Part shown: positions 37,529 through 51,218 of the stretch, one piece after another
Layout: every line of letters begins with the position of its first letter
How positions within the stretch are numbered: position 1 is the first letter of the stretch
DNA from: Aplysia californica
Lineage: Eukaryota
Direction of reading: 5' to 3'
Length of the DNA: 64,000 nt
NCBI RefSeq assembly: GCF_000002075.1
Contig: NW_004797302.1
Location: 954,783 to 1,018,782, forward strand
The notes under the pieces: generated by a model
Database searches by the model: none
Told to the model about the DNA's origin: nothing
What the model saw: only the letters and a program-made list of their open reading frames with translations
Made by a program: the position numbers and the translations under genes

Positions 37529-38268
37529 GTTTCTGTCAACAGTCAAACTAAGACTGTATACAAAATCTTAGCCATTCAATACCATTATTTATGCATATCT
37601 TGGTGGATGGAACAAGGATAAATAGGATTTCTTACCAAATCACTTTCAAAAAGTAGTTCTGTCAATGTAAAGCAAAGGGCAAAAACATTGAGTACAGCCA
37701 ACATTGAGATATCGTCTCCGTCTCAGAACTACTTTGTCCAAGGTGTCTCTTTACTTTCGTACGCTTAGGAGTATTAGGACAAAATAGTTCTTAGGCGAGA
37801 ATGTTTGTACTGAGCAATAAATATTACTTCAAATGTGACATGTTCATATAACAATGACGAAAAATAGAAAAGAGAAGGGTACATTCATGCTGCTTTGAGG
37901 TTGGAGAAGATTTCTAAGACAAACCACACATTTCGGGGCGATATTACTTAAAGTTACAAACCAGACTGATTTATCGTTTAGAATCCCATCATGATAGCTT
38001 TGAAGAGCAAGAAAGGTTGAGCCATGATTTTTTTTTTAAAAAGGTGCAATGAAGTGAGAAACAGAGTTCAAGCCAAGGCATTTCCCACAGCTGACAGAAA
38101 GAAGACATTAAAAAGACTACTAAAATAGCATGAAGTGATTAGTTCAATAACCTCTCCCTCTAAAATTTATTTCGATAATAATATGGGAGTGTTTTTATCA
38201 TATTTTTAAAAAAGCAACAACCATCAAACTTCTTTAAAGTCCCTTTTCAAAAACTCTGGACCTTATGT

Positions 38269-39734
38269 CAGAGATGCCAACCACAGAAAACCGAAATGAG
38301 TACTGGGAAATATGAAAATGTGTATTTTCAGTGGGAAATGTGTATTCCCCACGACCCACCGACCAACTAGTAAAATGTTCAGGGTGTCCAGCAATATTTC
38401 CTGAAAAATATTTACCAGCTCATCAGCTCGAAAAAGGGAGCACACACGCGTACAATATATACATGTATCCAGTCAGCAACATGTCAGTGTTCAGTGTCGT
38501 ACTGGGGTCTTGTTTGACTTTATTTCAGTCTATTATAATATTTTCCTCTCATTATTATATAAAACATTAATCCTGCTTTGAGAGTTGGGAAGGGCCTAGA
38601 ACAAGAATTTCGACAATCAAGAACCAGTCTGGGTATCATGATTCATATTATGAACTAACAGATTAAAATTATTCCTCAAACTCAGAGAAGAGCAATAACT
38701 TGAATGGCTCAAGTAGACCCATGCACTGGGAGAGTTGTGTAACAACTGTGAGAGGGCAAGATGCAGTGACACTGAAAATCTGCCAGTCTTGAACCAAAAG
38801 CTACAACATACACTGTAGGTATAATTTACTATCACCCATCCAATGAAACGCGAACACTTTATTTCAATAACACAAGACTTGCAAAGAATGAAGGGTCCCG
38901 ATTCCGCACGCGGCCTGCACCAACCTGCGATTTGCAGAAAGCTCTAATCAAAATTCTGAAATTTGCTTCCAAGGTTTTGTCCTCTGGTGTTGCCTTCGGC
39001 CCCCCCTAGTATCTTAAATCTTTAAAAAAAAAATAATCCCCTCCCCTATTCCGTAGTCCTATACTTCACAACGCAGTTACTCACACCAAAGACGGTCTTT
39101 GCTCACACGATGCCGCATTTATTTATGATGCGAATGCGCGCAGGTTCAATGACCGGTCACGATGGCGAGCCAGACAATCTAAAAATCGGACGACGCTTGT
39201 ATTTTCTTCTCTTTCTTTCCCACACGTGACAGCACAGAGACGAGTCCGAGCGTTGATTGAATTTTATTTCCAAGGCAACACAGCGTTTACACTGCACAAC
39301 TTGCATGTCACAAATGTTGCGTTATCAGACTACCGCTGGCAAACTTCTCGGTGGTAACGAAAGCAAAAGTAGATCTTGATTTTCCCGATCGAGCATCGGT
39401 GTCACATACACTTCCGCCTGCCGCCAGAGCCGCCTGTTCGCGTGAAACGTACTCTCGGACGCGGAAAAGGTGAACGAATATAATATCACAATCGCAACCG
39501 GCAAAAATGAAGTTACTGACCTTATCAGACTTGGTTTTCAAATATTCCAGTTCCGCGATACTGATACTATTTTGACAAAAGATGGGACTTGAGGTAATTA
39601 GGTTTATTCGCCCAAGCTGAATCTCGTATTTTTCGCATCCTAGGATGCGTATTTTTTAATGAAAAGTCGTATTCGCGTTTTTTCGGTAAAAAATCGTACT
39701 AAAATACGTAAAATCATACTGGTTGGCATCTCTG
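38269..39734. mobile_element. 1466-bp hAT-like non-autonomous element with a 6-bp TSD
   Basis: TIR CAGAGATGCCAACCA / TGGTTGGCATCTCTG; TTATGT directly flanks both ends. Confidence 0.75.
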
Positions 39735-41595
39735 TTATGTCCTTTACCCCCCCCCCCCCAAAGACCTGTTGACTTATTGGAAATGATTATCTGTCACAAA
39801 CTATCACTCAACCAGTCAATTAACTTCATCACAACTAAAACAACTGTAGCAGGAATGAGTTCATTTTTTATGTCTACAAAACTAAAAACCTTTCTGACCT
39901 AACTAAAAGTAAAGAAAATTCTCTGCTGAGGGTCTGTGCGTCAATAAGTAAGTTTTCAAGTGCAAGCAAAAAAAGATAGATAACTTGCATAGCTAGAGTT
40001 TCAGAGAACAATATACGGAAACAAAAATTTAATACATTTTCAGCTCCGATATTCACTAAAAATAACAAAAGTATCATTTCAAATATGGTTTCATGAACCA
40101 CACACCATTTCCGTCATACACATAAAACAGAGACAGACGGAATCTAAATAAAGGCTTTAGGAAAGGTAACCTAAACACATTTCACCGAGGGCTGCCAGCG
40201 ACAATGAGTGATTGTTCCAGAGGTAGAAGTGTGAACATGTCTCTCCCATCACAGCTGGTGCTAACTCTTCATCTGTGTAGTCAAGGGAGGTAGGTTTCAA
40301 TACAATACAAACATCATTTTATATATATATATATATTTGGTGGAGTCCGCCTAAACCGAACACGGTGAATCCAACAAAAGCGTTAATACCGAAAGAAAAT
40401 ACATTCCCCGAGTTGTCTTTCCTTTGCTATTTCAGCAATCTCTGGTTCAGTTTGAGTAAGAGTTTTACTGCACTTGCAACACAAATAGGTCATTAATAAG
40501 TATCGAAGGTGCTACTTGAGAGTAACTTACATTAAAAAAAATATTTTAAAAAGAGGAGAGATAAGGATGGCAGATGTTCGATAGGAAAGAAGGAGCAGAC
40601 CACAGCAGCCACCCACAATCAATGATCTCTCTGAACTGAAAACATAGTCAAAACCAAAGAAAATCCAGCGGGCCCGCAGATAATTTCGCTTTGAGCGGAC
40701 TCCACTACATAATTAAAAACACCCATGAACACGGAATTGAAAGACTAAGCTTTGACAGCACGGAACAAAGCACAACCGTAAGTTCCTCCTCTGAGCCAGA
40801 AATGGTACCTTGCGTTACACACACACACACACACTGGGGTGGCACAATATGTTATATGTACAACAAGTTAAATGAAAAAAACACTCACACCTCTGTGCAA
40901 AAACTCTCAACAGTCTCTCAATCCCGTCAACTCCCATGTGGCAAAAATAAGACAACTGTCATAAAACAAACACATACTTTAAAAAAAAAAAAAAAAAGAC
41001 AAAAAAAAAAGACAGAAAAAAAAGAAAGATAAAAAAAAGAAAGAAAAAGTAGGCTTACCAAAAATTGGTAAAAGAAACAACCCCCACCCGCACCCTTCCC
41101 ATATTATCTCCATAAACAAACAAATTCCACTTTCTTGAGTAATAGACAAAACTGATACCCACACTCCTTCACCAAATGCCATTTTTTAATCCACCATAAC
41201 TCCCATACACTTCAATAAAACAAAACAACAGCTAAAAGCAAGCAAAGCAATATAAGCCGCGCAATTAGTAAACTGACTTCACATAACGTCTATGACTGAC
41301 TAATAAAATAGTAGATCTAGTTAAACAACTCTCCAGTAAATGGCCAACTTTCCTCTCTCACATTAGGTACCTGACAACTTCGCATAGTCACCATTCAAGT
41401 CTCAACAGAAAGAAAAAAAAACCCCAAAAAACCCAACCCATACAACACAAATACCCCATAAATGTACATTATTTTACAGTCCAAACTCAAAACTGTCCCC
41501 GATGAGAAAAGCCTACTTTCTCACATCACGCATAGTGAATGAGAACAACAAAATATTTCAGACAACCCTCAAGGTACAAACAAAACAATGCACAA

Positions 41596-41930
41596 TCCAC
41601 CAACCTATCAGCACTCGCAGAAATCAGCATTCTCCCACAATTAATCAGCACACTCGCACAGCTAAACTGCACTCACAGAAAACTGCACACTCACAGAAAA
41701 CTGCATATTCACAGAAATCAACACATTCGCAGTAATCTGCGCACTCGCACGACGTATCTAAGCATTCGTAGAAATTTGCACTCTCGCAGAAATCTGCACA
41801 CTCACGGAAATCTGCACACTCAACTATAAATCCGCCCGCACACTCAACTATAAATCCGCCCGCGCACTCAACTATAAATCAGCCCGCACACTCAACTCTA
41901 GATCTGCACTCAGGGAGATCTGCACACTCT
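41596..41930. repeat. Compound 18-bp and 24-bp tandem repeats in the NFX1 3' UTR
   Basis: (CTGCACACTCACAGAAAA)n grading into (ACTCAACTATAAATCCGCCCGCRC)3. Confidence 0.8.
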
Positions 41931-41963
41931 CACCACTGACCAAACGCTGGATTAAATTTCCGG

Positions 41964-42156
41964 CTAATTGGTGGTGAAGTCAAAGTAATCGATGGAGGGA
42001 GCGGGTTTTGCCTTTGCCCCCGTCTGCTCCCAGCCCCTGTTTGGTGCTGCTGCCTCTTCCTTAGCTGGCTCCTTCCGGCCCCACGGGTTCAAACCTCCCT
42101 TGCCAGAGCCACTGCTCTCTTCCAACGAAGTTTTCTTGGTGTCCAGCACCTTGAAC
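41964..42156 (-). CDS. NFX1: NFX1 last coding exon (...[11 protein letters not shown])
   Basis: AAG acceptor, IDYFD terminal motif, TAG at 41964-41966. Confidence 0.92.
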
Positions 42157-42698
42157 CTTTAAAACGTAGGAAAAACAAAACTGGTTTTACATGTGCAAGT
42201 GTGAGATGTTAGAATGATAATAAAAATAATAATGATAATAATAACAATAACAATAGCAACAATAAAGCAAATTTTAAAAAGGCTTGGAAACCGAATGAAA
42301 CTCATTTTTTTATAACACTAAAAAACAAAGTTTTCGTTTTAGTAAGAGTTTTAAGGCGCTCGCAACAAAGTGCAATCTGTGGTTGTGTACAGTACTCAGC
42401 ATTTATATCATCTTTTATACATTGTGCCTTTTTCATTAAGTGCATAACGTACAACTTGAGGCCATAATCCTGCTCAGGTTGACATGCAGAGAAATGAAGA
42501 GAAGAATTCTATTTCTTCACACCTTTCTACACAGCACAAGCTGAGATTCCTGTGTCAGACACTTCCTCACATATCTAATAACTACAATTTTCTATCAAAA
42601 ATAGTGTGCCATCACTAGTGATAATAATAATAATAATAATAACAATAACAATAAATAAATTTCACTCAATGCTCTTTACAATAATGAAAAGAACACGA

Positions 42699-42763
<65 letters not shown>

Positions 42764-42984
42764 GTTGTTGTTATAGATCCAGGTCTCTCTCCAGTAAACC
42801 CTAGAGTACAGTCTCAAAAAAAAAAGTTGATCCCTATTTCCCTGCATAAAACCACGGGGACAGCCAGGACTTCCCAGAGAAATTGACGACCAGCAAATCG
42901 TGGCAAACAGACCCTCAGACTTAACCTGCCGCGACAAACTCACCTCACTCCTTGAGTTTTCAAGGATGAAATAGGAGGAGGGGT

Positions 42985-43015
<31 letters not shown>

Positions 43016-46000
43016 CTGCTGGGGTTCTGGCTCAACGACTGTGACAGTAGCACTGATGGAAGAACACTCCTCTCCCTGCGCATAGGAGAAAAAACGTTTT
43101 TTTAAAAACAGAATCACCAGTAGCAATACAAAGATAAGATAAGATTAGATAATACTTTATTATCCCAGAAGGAAATTTTTCTTGGCTGTACAGGACCGTA
43201 AACAAACACATGCAGATTTGCATAACAATTTTAATGACATATTACAAGCACTGAATAATGGCCTCAGCCAAAAAGAAAATGCCTCTCTAGATTAAAACTT
43301 AAGTTATAGTAACAGTTCTATAACGCTTGCAACACAATCAACATCAAACTGACAAAGAGAGCCCTCCTAAAACTGTGTGCCATTGGCTATCACAGAAAGG
43401 TTGTTGTGGTGATGTCGTTTTTATTAACCACACAGGGTCATTTTTCCGGCTTTCTCCCGTTTTTAAAATGTTTGTATCCAATTTCATGGTGCTTTCCCAA
43501 CCAGGAAAACTGAAAATGAAATTCCTGGCTTTTTTCCTGGAAGGTGGGTACCTTATCAAAACCACAAATATATGCGCATTTTTCCACATTGAGTCGATAA
43601 CTATACCTGTAAACTAATTCAAAAGAAGCAAAAGAGAATAACGGTACAACACAAATTAAAACTTACTTCAAAGCTGTGGTAACCACATTTTTATTAGGCT
43701 CCTTGTCAAAGCTTTGCGTCCGACATCCATACATCTCGGAGAGCTCGTGAATAAAGTGACGGTGCTCTTTCTTCATTGGTGGGAACGAATGAGATTTGGT
43801 AGCTTGTGATGACTGAGGAGACAAAGTCACAACATAAAGGAATTAAAAATGAGTTACAAACTGAGAGGCACAAAAAACACTTTAAAAATACAATCAAACC
43901 TGCTTTGACGGCCACCTGTACAAGACAACCACCTGCACAAATGGCCATTTCCCAACATCTCTCTTGCGGTTTGTTTGGGGGTTGTTGTTTTTTTTTGGGG
44001 GGGGGGGGGGTGTATTTGGTTGGGGTTTTTTAAAACTTTTTTAAAACACATTACTATTACACTTGGATCTAAGAAGGCCACTTTTCTCCTCGACAATGGG
44101 TGGCCGTCTTAAACAACTTCCAGTGTATATATATGGAGCTGAATGCTGGAGGATGACTGATCATGACCGTGCCAAGCTATCTTCCTTTCATACAACCAGC
44201 TTACGCCAAATCCTCAGAATCTTCTGGCCCGACAAGATATCCAAAGCAGATCTGTTACGTAAATGTAGGCAAGAGGACATGACCACCATAAAAAAAAGGA
44301 GAAGATGGAGATGGATGGGACTTGTTCTGAGAAGAGAACGAGACTCTATTGTGAAGACTGCCCTCCACTGGACACCCGAAGGACATCGCAAAAGGGGCAG
44401 ACCCAAATTGACCTGGAGACGCACAGTAGAGTCTGAAATGAAGTCCTGGAATCATTCGTGGGGAACGCTGACCAAGATGGCCCAAAACAGACAGAGCTGG
44501 AGGTCCTTTGTTGCTGCCCTAAACGCCAGATGGCGTAAGGGGTAGTAAGTAAGTAAAATTGCTGGCCAGCTGCTCAGCCGAAACGAGGAGAAAAGTGGTC
44601 ATCTTAGTTTAGTTTAGTTTTAGAAAGAGTTTTTATGGCACATGCAACACAATACGGTCATATATGTGCCGAAGAATAGATGTGTTACAAGAGAGAAACA
44701 CACAAATAAGGAGGAGAGATTGAAAGGACGATAGATGTTTGATAGGAAAGAAGGAGCAAACCACACCAGAGCACCCGCCAACCACCCACAAGGTCATCTT
44801 AGACAGGTGGTTGTCTCAGAAAGCCTCATTATAATATGTGACGAAAAAGACAAAGTAAAAAATTTGGACTCCTTGAAAAATTAATGAAGATGCGCATTTA
44901 TTGAAAATGACTCAATAAACTACAATAATAATTTTCAAAAATATATCACGTCAAAAAAGTATAATCCTGATCATTTCAGTACTTTTTCTGATCTGATAAA
45001 ATCTTCCATTTCTCATCTTGTACTTTTAGGTATCTGGTTCATAAAAATTGATCAAGTCTAATACAAAATATTCTTTACCCCAAACTTTATGTACAAAAAC
45101 TTCCACAAAATGAAGAAACAATTTTGAAAATGACAAACATATTTTCATTTGAATATCAAGTTTCCTAGTTGTTAGATTTGCTGCGACAGTCGTCTTCATA
45201 GACTTGACCTACAGGGGTTAGGTTCTCAGACTTGCAACCATAAGGTCATGGGTTCGAATCCAGTTAGAGGCCAAACGGTCAGTCGTTGAGAAAAGCACTT
45301 TCACTTTGTGAAATCTAGTTCTGGTCGAGCATCAAATATAAAAAATATGTCTTGATTGTAAATACTTTTGGTTGTTACTCTGAGATAACTTTAATCTGTG
45401 AAAATCCTATTCACCTTTCTGCTTGATGAGTCCAATCCTAGCAATATGTTACGCCTATATTAGAGGGGGCATACTTTAAAACCTCTTTTTTTCTATTTTT
45501 ACAATCACTCATATTTTAGGTGAGTAAACATACAGTACATGTCAGGCTCAATGAGAACACTGAAACTGCAGGTCAATCACAAATGTACAGAAACGATTTC
45601 TTTACAAAACTTTAAGAAAACAAGTTACCTCTTTTGAAGCCAAGACCAGTTCGTTTAAAGTCTTTTCCACACTCATACAATATTGTAGGTTTTTTCTGGA
45701 AAAAAGGGATAAAAATCTCTGGTTAATAGCAGGAAGGAATAAGCAACGAAAGCAACGAACGGCTGATAGGTGACTAGCCTGACCACAGCCGTACTTCATA
45801 CTACTACTACTAATAGGCTGCTTGCATACACTTTCCAAGAATAAAACTAATGACAAACAAAATTAGCATTTCAGCATTTCATCTTACATTTTGATTCTGA
45901 AAAGCTGTAGGCTGCATATCAAACTAGAATAACAACTATGATAACACATTGAAAAAAAAAAAGAATTAAAGACCCCAGGGATATTGGGGGGGGGGGGGAA

Positions 46001-49000
46001 TAGAAGGACACACCTGTGACCTTGAGAAAATTAACCCTTAATTAAGACCCTATACCGCTGGTGACCGCTGACGCCGTATTTTCCTATACCGCTGGTCGAC
46101 TTAATCGTTTAATTCCCAGTGCTAGAAACAGGGGATGTAACTCCAGATGACTCTGTCGCGAGCAGAAAGTACCGATAATGTCATGAGAGCAGTTCTACAC
46201 CGAAAGTTTGGAAATTTTGCAAGTTTCTAAGAAAAATTAGTCACTTTTCGCTGCCAGGCCCTTCAGGCCGCAAAATTTTTGACATTTTTTATCCTAACCA
46301 GACCCCAATAATGATCTCCCAGTCAGATATATCGATAAATATGACCGTTGAAGACGATTGCAATGTTCCGCATAACATCGATGACGATTTTGACGATAGT
46401 GGAATTGGCAGGGGATCACCACTAAAGCTACCAGAGGCTAGATCTACGGCTGGGTCTGATAATACTTTGACTGAAGTGGAGTCGGGGATCACACACAAGA
46501 CTTAACTCATAGAGTTGGTATTAAAAAAAAGTGTTTTAATCATTTCCCCTTTTGTTCAGACTGTGTATTCATATATAAAAAACATTTTCAAACTTCAGTC
46601 AAATCTAACAACAATTTAAGACACAGTAAACAAAATGATGAACCATCCTAATTTTTTCTAGTATCTCAATTTTAATTCAGGATTCTAGGGAGGTATGAAA
46701 AAAAAAAGAATTCAGGGTTTTAAGGGTTAATAAATGTAAAGGTAACTATCAAATCCATCAATATCAGTTAATCAGACCATCTTATGCTGAAAGGAATTTA
46801 TGGCCAAAAATCTTGAAAAATTCACATACAATTGGCAAACCAAAATCCCCTACGTAATAACATAAAATCATTATGAAGCCCTCATCCTCTTAGAAAAATA
46901 GAAGACCAGTCGTATCTTAAATAAAAAGCTTAGATTTGAGAGCTTGAGCCCCTAGATTCCTCTAAGGACTGTGCCACATGGTAGAGCATATCTGAGCCAG
47001 TCAAAAGGTATCTATAAGCACAATCAATCCATAGACTTATACTCCTAGAACGCTGCGTAAACTGTCATGGCCACCATTCTTCAATCTGCTCTCTACAAAA
47101 ACTTCGCTCCGAAGCATGAGCACAATGGGCCACTACATTACGCCCCAAATAAAGGGGAAAACACCACTCAGCTAGAGTAGTAAAGTGTCAGCACATTTCC
47201 CTTATGCCCTTCATTAGGCTCAAGTTGAGTCAAACGCTGTGCACCATAGTGAAGCGGAAATGCACCAGAGCGCAAGGTCTAGGATATTATGATACTACAA
47301 GTTAATGAATCTGTCACATATACTACGATCACATATACAACACATCTATGAGCAGAAATTAATAACTCATCAATGACATGAAGCTAGCAAGAAAATGACT
47401 TGTTAAAAGTATTTGTTCAGGTAGGAAATAGAAAGGTTGTTTTCCACACAAATTATTTCCAAGCTTTTAAATGCAAGTTCTAAAAACCTGAATTTATCCA
47501 CAGCGGCCCCCTCCCATTACATAGCTGAACATGCCCCTGCGGTTGATTAAAAGACAGATTTCTACGATAAATTACTTCAAAAACTTGTTAGCTTCATAAA
47601 CCCTGACAACAAACACGTGTTCCGCTCACTTGGCAAAATCTTTCAGGAAGTCTGAATACTTTGGTTTTTCCACTTCAAGGTCAGGGTCATCGACTTCGAG
47701 CGCTTCTGCTAAGCGTCGGTTTCGCTCCAGGACAGAACAGTTTGCATCACACTCCAGCCTATAGAAAAAAAATGGTCATACAGTTGTCATACAGATGCTA
47801 TAAATTGGACACGGTGTGAAAAGAAATCTACTCAAAAATGTCTTTTTCCCCACTTGATAAATCTTACACAGAATTTTTAAAACCTTCAAAACCATTTTCG
47901 GAACATTTCATAGCAACAGATCTCAAGGTTTCAACTATGTGAGACATTATGGTGAAAGCGGGCGCTCATGACAATGCTGACATCAAAGAAAGGGTCATTT
48001 TTCCACTCCTTGGGCAAATTTTATCAATTTTTCTTTATTCCTTTCACCCCATTTAATGTCCACTTAAAAACACATTTCTGTGTGGATTTTATTTAAACAC
48101 ATCGTTCAAAGGCACCAAAAAAAAAGTAAATTAGCAGTTTCCAAGGACACAACAGCTTTGGAAGACGTCATACTTTCGTGGCCATTTTCTCATTAATTTT
48201 ACCTCCGAAACCATGTGGCCCCCATCTCCTCAATTGGAAATATCTCAAATGCTATTCAAGATAAATGGGTATCTTTTCATCAGAAGCAAGATAAATCAAC
48301 AAACTTTAAACCGATACCAATAACTCCATTTGCCCAAAAATTGACAAGGGCCTAATTCCACTGTGCCAAGACACATATTACACTTAAAAACATAATTGCC
48401 AGCAGTTGTTACCTTGAACTAACTCCATTGTCCTAATCTTTTTGCCCACCTTGGCTTAACACTCTGGCCCCACGGGACGCCGATCTGCGACAGTAGGAAG
48501 CCATCCCTTTCCCCCACGGGACGCTAATAGGCGACAGTGTAATATAGAGGCAAAAACTTTCTAGCAATGGTCTCATTTTTTATATGCGCTCTTGTTAAAG
48601 TTTAATTTCCTTTCTGAAAGCTGTAGTCTTTGAGGTCGAAAATCAGTTCGTATACAACAAATGGAGTTAAATTTTTTTGAAAAATGTCGAGTAGACCCAC
48701 GAGTGCAGCTTTACTCTTACCCCATGATGAGAATTCGGGTGATAAATGAGCTAGATCTTATGTTTTCAGTTCCAAACATGCGATCATCACTTTCAGTTTT
48801 TTCTCAGTATGCTGAAAATTTCATAATGGTTGGGGGTTTTATTAGCCAAGATACAGGTGTAGTACTCATGTACCCCATCTGCATCCCGGTCCATGGTGAT
48901 AAGTGTTGTGCGCTCTGCATGGGTGGAAATGTTAATATTGAGTTCGTACCTCCTTTGGTTTTTCTTCTGCTGAGAGAACTGTGCCATGTCCACACTGCGA

Positions 49001-51179
49001 CCGCCGCCCGACTCTGCCACACTGAGGACGCTCAGACGCTGAAACTGTTCTATCTCTGACGTCTGACCACCGCCCAGAGAGCAGATGACTCGCCCAGATC
49101 TGTTTCCACACGGGCACAAGATGGTCATCTTTGGAAAAAAAAAAGCACATGGCTATGAAAATGTCATTCAGCGCTGAGGATAGCTAATAGGAAAATGTCA
49201 TTCAGTGCTGAGGATAGCTAAGAGGAAAATGTCATTCAGTGCTGAGGACAGCTAAGAGGAAAATGGCACTCAGTGCTGAGGATAGCTAAAAGGAAAATGT
49301 CACTCAGGGAAAATATTATTCAGTGCTGAGGAGAACTAAAAGGAAAAAGTCCCTCACTTCTGAGGAAAGACACAAAAAAAAGTCCATCAGTGATGAGGAC
49401 AGATACAAATGCTTGCAGACAGTCAAGTTCAAGCCGGTAATGGAATACCGATACAATGGAATCCTCTTAAACCGAACACAGTTAATAAAAAAAAACAATA
49501 GATAATCAAAAGAAAAGAAAACTCTCAATTTGAGCAGCCTCTCTACGCCGAAAACCAGACTAAACCGCAGAAAATCCAGGGGTCCCACAGATTCCGGTTT
49601 AAGCAGACTCCACTATGACTGTATACTGGGCATTTAAGGCACAGAGACCAATGGTACAAACCAAAATACAGATCTTTCAGGTTCAAACTGTTTAAAGTGT
49701 GTTAAGGAAAAGCTTTGATTGCTTGAAAGACATATTATGAACACAACAGATGGAAAGAAAGAAAAGATATGGTACCCGCCAAACACCCACATGATGAAAA
49801 GCACGACAGACAGGAATAGTAAAGAAGTACAACCTAGCAACACCCTCCAAACACCAGCATGTCACCGGCAGCACTTAGCCCCTGTGCCATCAAATGGAGA
49901 AGAGCCGAGATCTATGCCCCGGCAGAGAGAACTTTTATCTAGTACCTCAGTCTTTCTGTTGAGACGTTGTATGCCTACCTCCTAAGGGATCTAAATTGAG
50001 TTGATAACACAACAAAAACATTTTTAAAAACCTTCTTGTTTCATGCGATGAAAATTCAATTACCAAGGCATTTTTTTTTTGTGCTCAATTAAGTGAACTT
50101 TAACACATTACACCCTACAGATCTGGACGAGAAGTCTATTCCAAAATCCTATGCAAGGGAACCCACTTCCTGTGAATACAAGCATTTAAAAAACGCATAT
50201 TAAAAATGCTAGACAAATTTCAAAAATCTCGAAAAAATAATAATTAGAAATTGAAATGAATGTAGTTTCAGAAAAATTTAACCTTATGTATGCACAAACT
50301 GTTGGAAATGTTCTAACTTTAGTTCAATCGGAGTTTCTGACACGTCACTCTCACTCTCCTCAGTCTCACGGCCGGGCCTTACATCTAAATTCTAAATCTG
50401 ATTAATCGGAATCTCCCCAAACTCCTGCTAAAACATTTTCATCAATATCTGATCCATCCGATTTGTCATTTGCTTGTTCTTGCTCAAATCCATCGTTATT
50501 TTCTTTTTCAAACTCAATTGTATTGCTTTTCAATAAGTCAAGATACCTTCAAAGTGTCGGAAACGCGATCGCACTTCTATCTGCTCTACTACTAAAACTA
50601 CAGGTCTGAACAACTTCGGTATCAAACAGAAGAAGAAACATTTTTCAATAACTAGGTAAAACAAAACCTCCCAAGGTGAGACTTCGTTTCTAAAGACGTC
50701 TAGTCGGAGTGCGCGATTTCGGGCGAGTTAGAGTGTAATCTGTTAATAAACTCCATTTTCTTTTTTTTAGAAAGTGGAGATGAAAGCAGATGATAGAACA
50801 AGTCTGAAGAAAGGAAAGGAGAAAATTTTAGTGAAGAAAATTTTTCCGTCGCTGTCAGTATTTCGAACCCGGGTCCTATTGAATGTGAGGCGAGCACCAA
50901 ACCTCAAGACCCCCCAAAGCCCTTAATAAAATTAAAAAAAGACTTTGGCAATAGTATTATGATCATGACGATATCCAATTCACGTAAGAAGTGCAGTCAG
51001 AAATCCCTACCTCTGCCTTGCACTGGGTGTCAGGACACTCTCCCTCGTGACAAGGCTCATTACAAGGGTGGCCGCAGGCTGGCCGGGGCTTGGTGCAAAG
51101 CTGAGGGCACGGTGCTCCCGCCTTGAGGCAGCTATCCTGTTGGACAATTACAAGAACAATAACAAAAATAATAATGACG

Positions 51180-51218
<39 letters not shown>

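Noticed and set aside
42662-43126. ORF with poly-Cys and RE repeats
   Set aside because: Wrong frame of the NFX1 poly-Ala exon plus an intronic (GA)n
44063-44545. 160-aa ORF as a host gene nested in NFX1
   Set aside because: It is an RTE LINE C-terminus whose apparent start comes from an adjacent MITE
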